64,000 bases of DNA from contig CAVTCR010000008.1 of assembly GCA_963733195.1 (NCBI GenBank), positions 35,031 to 99,030 of the forward strand. The letters are read 5' to 3'. A model generated the notes under the pieces. That model did not search any database and had not been told where the DNA came from. It worked only from the letters and a program-made list of their open reading frames with translations. Positions 57,008 to 64,000 of the stretch are shown here, in pieces. This stretch comes from an uncultured delta proteobacterium. GTDB lineage: Bacteria > Desulfobacterota > Binatia > Bin18. Both the position numbers and the translations under genes were made by a program. Each line of letters opens with the position of its first letter. Positions within the stretch are counted from its first letter, which is position 1.

Positions 57008-57175
57008 AATCGGACCACAAAGATTGGCACAGTCCCTGACAGAATGCCCTCGCGCTGCGCGCGGCCCCCTAGTGCAGCGAAAGGGAAGCATCTTGGGCAG
57101 CCCTCCTTTCATAAGGAGGGACAGGGAGGATTTCACAGCGAGTGCTACAGTGTACGAATCTCATGTGGTCCGATT
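57008..57175. mobile_element. MITE with AATCGGACCACA TIRs and TA duplication
   Basis: TA|AATCGGACCACA ... TGTGGTCCGATT|TA; internal CCCTCCTT-AAGGAGGG hairpin. Confidence 0.65.
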
Positions 57176-57271
57176 TAGGACACTGACCGTATCCATTCTT
57201 GCCGCTCTTATCGTCATGTCGGAGACAGAATAATTCCTCGTCTGATGCTCTCCGGCTCGTTCCGCTTCGAT

Positions 57272-57928
57272 ATGGAAACTATTGCTTGCCCTGAATGTGA
57301 TCTGCTCCAGCGCCTGCCGGAACTTCCACCCGGGAGTAAGGCGCGCTGTCCGCGCTGCGGCTGTATGGTTGCGACCCGGACTACCGACCCGGTCGATCGT
57401 CCCCTCGCGCTCACCCTCACCGCATTGATCGTGCTGATTATCGCCAATACTGCGCCGTTGATGGGACTGTCGGCCGTCGGACGCTACGCGCGCACGACTA
57501 TCATCGGCGGCGCGTACGAGATGTGGGTGCAGGGCCAAGAGATGACGGCTGTGATTGTGGCGTTTTGCGCGGTGATCGCGCCCGCGGTCTACCTCTTGTT
57601 CATGTTGATGGTGTTGCTTGCAGTGAGGCGACCACCTGCGCCGCACTGGGTCGGCGAGATGCTGCGCTGGGCCGACTCCATGCGACCGCTGGTCGATGAA
57701 TGAGGTGATGCTGCTCGGCATCCTCGTTGCGCTCATCAAGATCGCAGAGCTGGCCACAGTAGATGCTGGCATCGGTATGTATGCGGTCGGCGCGCTCGTG
57801 CTGCTCTTTCCCGCGATCATGGTCACGTTCGATCCAGACGAGATCTGGCAGCGAATGGAGTGGGCGGACGACGCAGCGCCACCTCGACCTGGGGTTCGTG
57901 AAGCACTGAGTTCAAGGGCACGCAATGA
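57272..57928 (+). CDS. pqiA: paraquat-inducible protein A, N-terminal half
   Basis: CPECD, CPRCG, EVMLLGILVALIK. Confidence 0.88.
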
Positions 57929-58567
57929 CAGCAACCGCACTCACCGCCGCACAGGCAGGACTCATTTCCTGCGAGACGTGCGGCTTGCTGTCGCGGCCCG
58001 CTCGATACGGCCGAGCCGGGCTACTGCCCGCGCTGCGGCGCGGAACTCGAGTGGCGCCGCCACCAGTCTATCCAGTACACCTGGGCGCTCGTCATCGCCG
58101 CGGCGATCTGCTACATCCCCGCGAACATTCTGCCGGTGCTCAGCACGACCACGCTCGGGTCCTCCGAGTCCGACACCATCATGGGCGGGGTCGTGTTCCT
58201 TTCACCTCGGGATCGTGGCCGCTGGCGCTTATCGTGCTGATCGCGAGCGTGATGGTCCCGCTCGGAAAGCTGGTCGCGCTCAGCTATCTCCTGATCACGG
58301 TGCAGCGTGGCTCGATCACGAGTAACCACGAACGGACCCGGCTCTATCGCATGGTCGAGTTCATCGGCCGCTGGTCGATGCTGGACGTATTCGTCGACAC
58401 GTTCACCGTCGCCCTCGTGCAGCTGCAGCCGCTGATGTCGGTAGCGCCCGGTCCAGGAGTGCTGTTTTTCGCCGCGGTGGTTGTGTTGACAATGATTGCG
58501 GCGGAGTCTTTCGATCCCCGCCTAATCTGGGATGCGGGACGCGAGCAGGGAGGATCAGCATGGCTGA
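57925..58567 (+). CDS. pqiA: paraquat-inducible protein A, C-terminal half
   Basis: CETCG, YIPANILP, IGRWSMLDVFV, FDPRLIWD. Confidence 0.88.
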
Positions 58568-60235
58568 AATATCGATCTCGACAACCTGCCGCAGGCCACG
58601 ATCGCGCCGAAGAAGCGCACGCGGGTCTCGATCATTTGGATCATTCCGATCTTCGCCGCAGTGGTGGCCATCGGGATCGCGATCCATCGAATCTTGAGCG
58701 AGGGCCCGACGATTACCATCGTGTTCAAGGCCGCTGAAGGCGTCGAGGCGGGCAAGACCTTCATCAAGTACAAGGATGTGAACATCGGCCAGGTGACGGC
58801 GGTGGAGCTTTCCGACGATTACACCAAGGTACAGGTAACGGCGAAGATCGACAAGCACGCCGAGGGCCTGATCGTTGAGGATGCGAAGTTCTGGGTGGTT
58901 GAGCCTCGTGTCACCCTGAGCGGGGTTTCCGGCTTGGGCACCCTACTCTCGGGGAATTATATCGGTTTCGAGGTCGGCAAGTCCGACAAGAAGCAGCGCA
59001 CGTTCATCGGACTCGAGGTGCCGCCGATCATCACCCTCGATCAGCCGGGCCGGCAATTCGTGCTCCAGGCCGAAAACCTTGGCTCGCTAGGGATTGGCTC
59101 GCCGATCTACTACCGCCGCCTCCAGGCTGGGCAGGTCATCGCGTACAACTTGGCGGGTGATGGCAAGGCGATCGAAGTCAAGGTTTTCGTCAACGCGCCC
59201 TACGATCAGTACGTCAACCCCGGTACGCGCTTCTGGAATGCGAGCGGCGTGGACGTTTCGGTGGGCGCGGGTGGCGTGGACGTGCGCACGCAGTCGCTCG
59301 TGTCGCTGCTCGCGGGCGGGCTCGCGTTCGACACGCCGCCCTTTGCCCTCAAGGCCGAACCCGCCGCCGCGGACACGATCTTCACCCTCTACAGCAGACC
59401 AGGCTACTGCGATGAAGCAGCCAGAGAATATCGCGAAGCGCTATGTCCTCTATTTCAGTGAATCGCTACGCGGGTTGTCCGTGGGTGCGCCGGTTACCTT
59501 GTTGGGGTTGCCGGCGGGGGCGGTCGTCGCCGTTGGTCTCGACATCGATCCGACGACGTTGAACATTCGCGGGCGCGTAGAGGTCATGTTCTACCCTGAG
59601 CGGCTGATCACGCACTTGAGTCAAAAGCAAACGGCCGTCGGTGAAACTATCGCGCGGAGCGAACAACAGCGCCACGCCTTCTTTCAGCAGATGGTCGAGC
59701 AGCGGGGGCTGCGCGCCCAGCTGCAGAGCGGGAGCTTCCTCACCGGGCAGCTCTATGTGGCCCTCGACTTCTTCCCGAACGCGCCCAAGGCGACGATCGA
59801 CTGGAGTCAGGACGTGCCGGAGTTGCCAGTGGTCCCGAGTACCCGTCACGGACATTGAGGCAAAGCTCACCAGCATCGTCGCGAAGCTCGACAAGCTACC
59901 GTATGAAGCGATCGGTGACGATCTGAAAAAGGCGCTCGCCTACCCTCGACCAAACGCTCAAGGCCGCGGACAAGGCGGTGAATCACCTTGACACAGAAGT
60001 CACTCCCGGGTTGAAGACGACCCTCGACGGACTGCGCGGCGCGATCGCCACCGCCGACGGGGTGTTCAAGAACACGAACGCGACGCTCGTCGGCAATGAC
60101 GCTCCCGGCCAGCAGGAACTCCGTGACGCCCTGCAGGAGATCACCCGCGCTGCGCGATCGCTACGCGTACTGACCGATTATCTGGAGCGTCATCCCGAAT
60201 CGTTGCTCCGCGGCAAGACTGAGGGAACCCCTGAT
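58560..60235 (+). CDS. pqiB: multi-MCE intermembrane transport protein PqiB
   Basis: AEGVEAGKTFIKYK, TLLSGNYI, RFWNASG, GLRAQLQSGSFLTGQ, LERHPESLLRGK. Confidence 0.9.
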
Positions 60236-60814
60236 GCGCCGTCTCGCCGTCCTCGCCATTCCCTGCACCCTTGTTGTCCTCGTGACCGGGTGCGCGTCCA
60301 CGCCACCGCGTTCTACACCCTCAGCGCGGCGACCGAGCCTGCCGCAATGTCATCCAACCTGTCGGTGGTCGTGGGCCCGGTCGCCGTGCCTGACGAGGTT
60401 GACCGCTCGCAGTTTGTGGTCCGCACGGGTCCGAACCAGATGCAGGTGGACGAGTTCAACCTGTGGACGGCGCCGCTGCAGAACACTATCTCGCGCGTAG
60501 TCGCCCAGAACCTTGTCGCGCTGTTGGGCACGCCGCACGTGACTTTGTTTCCGCAGACGGTGAGCACGGATGCCGGCTATCGTGTCGCGATCGAGGTGCA
60601 ACGCTTCGACTCGGCGCCGGGCGAGGCCGCCACGCTGGACGCCGTCTGGACTGTGCGTCGCACGAAGGACGGGAGAACGGAGACGGGGCGCACCACCGTG
60701 CGCGAAGCGGTCCAGGAAAACAGCTACGAGGCGCTCGCCGCCGCCCACAGCCGCGCGGTCGCTCGTCTGAGCCAGGATATCGCCAACGCCGTGCTCGCGC
60801 TCGCGCGCGCCTGA
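60234..60814 (+). CDS. pqiC: PqiC-family lipoprotein
   Basis: Lipobox VTGC, FYTLS, VGPVAVP..DR, EVQRFD. Confidence 0.85.
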
Positions 60815-60908
60815 TCGCAGGCGTTTGCCATGCGATTTGTGGTCGCCGCGATAATGCGGCGCTCTTGAGCGGCGGCCAGCGTATCCTGCCGGACAGGAAC
60901 TGCCGCCC

Positions 60909-61709
60909 TCATGGGAAGCTCCTGCTCAGACTGTCTCGCAGCGTGATCAAGCTTTGTTGACTCACCTTGATGAGCCCTCGTCGTGGACTGGTCATGATCC
61001 ACAATGACGAGAATGACCGACGACGATAAGGAACGCCGCCGTCGTCGTCGGAAAGAAGATTTTGCGATGTCCTCCCAAGTCCACAGCCATAGCCCACGAG
61101 TCCCATCGCCAAGAGCGTGACCCCATAGAGAAGGTGGAGGACTGACCCAGGTACGTGGTCTTCCTTCACCGCCAGCCGTTTGGCCTGAAAATCCAATGAC
61201 CTCGTTCAAGGATGTCGATAAATAATGACGTGAGGTTCCCCTCGAGTGTGCCCTACAGGCAATGGCATGCGACCACAGTGCAGTGTGTATTTGGTCCGTC
61301 TCCTCATTCCGTCTCCTGGAGCTTTTCCGGATCAATCCCTGCCTCATAGAACGAAAAGCCGCACATCAACGTACCGCCGTAACAGGTGGAGCAACCCCCG
61401 TCCTCTGGGGCTCGGGAGGAACCGGGCGCGGCGAAAGGTAGGTCCCGATCGCATTGGCCTCCCCAATCACCAACTGCTTCCGACTTTCATACCGCGACAT
61501 TGCCATCGCAAAAGTGAACCCGAGCAGAAGAGCAAGCACCCCAAGCACGGCCGCCTCAATCGTGGCATTATGGGCTCTTGCAGACTCATTGATGCTGGGC
61601 TGTACCCGGCGACCAAGCCGAAAACCAATTTCCGTTGCCAACAGGATAGAACGACTAGACCCCCCCAAATAACCCATTCATTCATGCCATAGAACAGTTC
61701 TCCGGACAT
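60909..61709 (-). CDS. DUF4239-like membrane protein (frameshifted)
   Basis: EIGFRLG, LGVLALLLGFTFAMAMSRYESRK..EANAIGT, PRRGLIKVSQQSL. Confidence 0.7.
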
Positions 61710-62215
61710 TCCATTCTCCTTTCCGCCCCATATTCGTCTTTCTTTTTGTCAGGGTGTTGTTGATGAACGCAGAGATGCCAGCAGGGAGGAGCACAACAGA
61801 AACGCAGAGAGGCACATCGTGCATAGCATCGATAGATAGTCAGCCCAAACGTATGGAAAAGAAAAAGCAGGAAAAACGCAATGAGCAAAGAGGAAAACCG
61901 GCCTGTGAGGAAGCCTGCTGGAGAGCGGGAGGAGTTTGCTCATTCTGCATGTCACCACGTCTGAAGTCGAAACAGCGCGCCCCTGTACCGGCACGCGTGT
62001 TACGCTCGCGACCGGAGATGGGCAGTATTCTGAGACGGGACTCCCCACTCAGCAAGCCCGGGGTATACTCAAGGCGAATGGAGGGGAAAAACGTTGAACA
62101 TTTTCCGCTAAAAAACTGCGACGACCTCGGGGACGACGGACAATGAAAAATAAAGAGTGAAGAATTGTGAGGTGATATTCTTGTCGCCACGTTTGCAGTG
62201 GAGTAGAGAAGCTTT

Positions 62216-63317
62216 ATGCGGTGCACACGCTGTAGCTTTGAGAACGCAGAGGGAATGACCTTCTGTGAGGAATGTGGGGCGAAGCTTGGTACAGGTCTGT
62301 TCGAGTTGTGGCAAGGAGCTGTACGTCCAGCGGCGAAGTTTTGTGGGCATTGTGGTGCGCCGCTTGCGGCGCAGTCTAAGAGCTCTAAACCCCCAACCCC
62401 TGATCCCCAGCCCCCAGCTAGTTACACGCCTCCGCACTTGGCGAACGTATCCGCGCCGAACAGGCCGCACTGGAAGCACGGGGGTGGAACGGACGGTGAG
62501 CGCAAGACCATCACCGCGCTGTTTGCTGATCTCAAAGGTTCGACTGCACTTATTGAAGGGCTCGACCCAGAAGAAGCCCGCACGATTATTGATCCGGCCT
62601 TGCAACTCATGATGGACGCGGTGCATCGCTACGAGGGCTACGTCGCGCAAGCGCTGGGCGATGGCATCTTCGCGCTCTTTGGTGCCCCGCTTTGCCCATG
62701 AGGATCATCCGCAACGAGCCCTCTATGCCGCGCTGCGCATGCAAGACGAGATGCGGCGCTATGCGGATACACTCCGAGAGAAAGGCTATCCGCCGCTGCT
62801 GATGCGGGTCGGGGTGAATACCGGCGAAGTCGTAGTGCGCTCGATTCGCAAAGACGACCTGCATACGGACTACGTGCCGGTCGGACATTCCACAAACCTC
62901 GCGGCCCGCATGGAACAACTCGCCGCTCCCGGCTCGACTTTTGTCACGCCTACACGCATAAGTTGACCGGACGGCTATTTCGCGTTCAAAGACCTCGGCA
63001 AGACACAAATCAAAGGGGTGGAAGCGCCGCTCAACGTGTATGAAGTGCTGGGTGCGGGACCACTACGCACGAAGCTACAAGTCGCGGCTCGGCGGGGGCT
63101 GACCCGTTTCGTCGGCCGCCAGAGTGAACTGGAGCCGCTCGACAAAGCCGTGGAGCAGGGAGCTTATACCACGCACCACGAAACACGTACCAAACTTGCC
63201 GAAGCTCACCAGATGTTATCAGAGGTGTACAACTGGTTCACGGAAGGGTTTGATACGAAGGATTTGCAAGAAGCGAAGGAGTTGCTTGAGGAATTGGACG
63301 GAAAAAGCACAAGTTAA
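62216..63317 (+). pseudogene. double zinc ribbon + class III nucleotide cyclase with AAA-TPR region deleted
   Basis: CxxC pairs, ALFADLKGST, GDGIFALFG, NLAARM; FVGRQSEL joins within ~25 codons to the WFTEGFDTKDL tail. Confidence 0.75.
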
Positions 63318-63697
63318 GGGATGGTGAGAACACCGGAAGCGAAATCCAAGCGGGCTGCGAGAGACCGAAGAAGGCCAATACTGAGGACTCCATCGACACC
63401 AGATGTGAATGCTGCTCGCGCATAACCCAAAACCGTGTATGGTCCAAGCACACTGCCGAACAGACTCACACGTTCGACCATAAAAACAGGCAGACGTAGT
63501 GTTCGTTCCAGAGTACGAACCGGAACTTCTCCTGCGGGTGTTACCCCAGTCCTTTCAAGGAATTTGGGATGAATGACCGTGTATACGGCACCGGTGTCGA
63601 GAATCAATTGAACAGCAGTGGCTCCTAATGGTCCATGTATGGCAACTCGGGTGGCTAAGAGCCCGGATGATAAACGGAGAAGGGTGTACGTCCTCAA
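63314..63697 (-). CDS. retropepsin-like aspartic protease
   Basis: LILDTGAVYTVI; DGVLSIGLL. Confidence 0.8.
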   Translation of the reverse strand: MRTYTLLRLSSGLLATRVAIHGPLGATAVQLILDTGAVYTVIHPKFLERTGVTPAGEVPVRTLERTLRLPVFMVERVSLFGSVLGPYTVLGYARAAFTSGVDGVLSIGLLRSLAARLDFASGVLTIP

Positions 63698-63921
63698 ATC
63701 ACCACCGCAACCTTTGGATCAATTTCCCCACACCACTCAACGGTCACATACTTTGCTTCAGTAGGTGCTCTAACCATCAGGTCAAGAATTTCTTCACGAT
63801 CTTTCGAGTGCGCTAAGATATTTCCCTCAAGGATTGCCGTCTCGTCAGTTTCCTCAGTTTTTGTAACCTCAATAAGAACAAACTCATCTTTGAATTGTTG
63901 TCGAATTTCCTCAAGTCGCAT
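63694..63921 (-). CDS. small DUF5678-like protein coupled to the protease
   Basis: FKDEFVLIE...ILAHSKDREEI; 4-bp overlap with the protease start. Confidence 0.65.
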   Translation of the reverse strand: MRLEEIRQQFKDEFVLIEVTKTEETDETAILEGNILAHSKDREEILDLMVRAPTEAKYVTVEWCGEIDPKVAVVI

Positions 63922-64000
63922 GGGATTACTCCTCCTCTGGTGAAGTATAGGGGAGGAGGCTCGGTCGAGACAAGCCTTCGACAGAGAAACGCCTATACCT

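Noticed and set aside
61720-62200. Long intergenic region as ncRNA/riboswitch, and its overlapping ORFs
   Set aside because: No recognisable RNA motif or protein signature
1-64000. Widespread frameshifts as mass pseudogenisation or programmed frameshifting
   Set aside because: They hit even conserved genes (trxB, treS, ABC subunits) at scattered positions, as expected for long-read indel errors

Overview
Bacterial DNA of moderately high GC with frequent small indels in almost every gene. It looks like an unpolished long read or assembly, so individual frameshifts are not interpretable. Gene and repeat style suggest a Binatia/Desulfobacterota-like soil bacterium (inference only). Layout: (1) 0.4-4 kb, a small accessory island between two versions of the 3' end of a peptide ABC ATPase, carrying an AbrB/PIN toxin-antitoxin pair, a Tn3-IR-bounded cassette and a putative HEPN gene; (2) 4-11 kb, a peptide ABC operon, then trxB; (3) 12-25 kb, sugar ABC importer, OmpA protein and TreS-Mak/GlgB/GlgE alpha-glucan pathway; (4) 25-29.6 kb, DUF433/DUF5615 TA, VOC protein, dehydrogenase and PimC/PimD-like acyl-CoA dehydrogenases; (5) 29.6-61.7 kb, a large envelope/sulfatase island (2 FGEs, 2 arylsulfatases, HAD, FadL, LolA-like proteins, PqiAABC, ion transporters, three EipA-like paralogs). 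At its centre are two inverted wHTH-STAND-TPR regulators flanking a ClC antiporter, with phased ~11-bp repeats upstream and a divergent ~65-aa unannotated gene that has a paralog later in the island; (6) 62-64 kb, an internally deleted class III cyclase and a retropepsin two-gene module. Intergenic DNA holds nested REP/MITE elements, including two CT-flanked inserts with shared ends but different cargo. No rRNA, tRNA or CRISPR array was seen.
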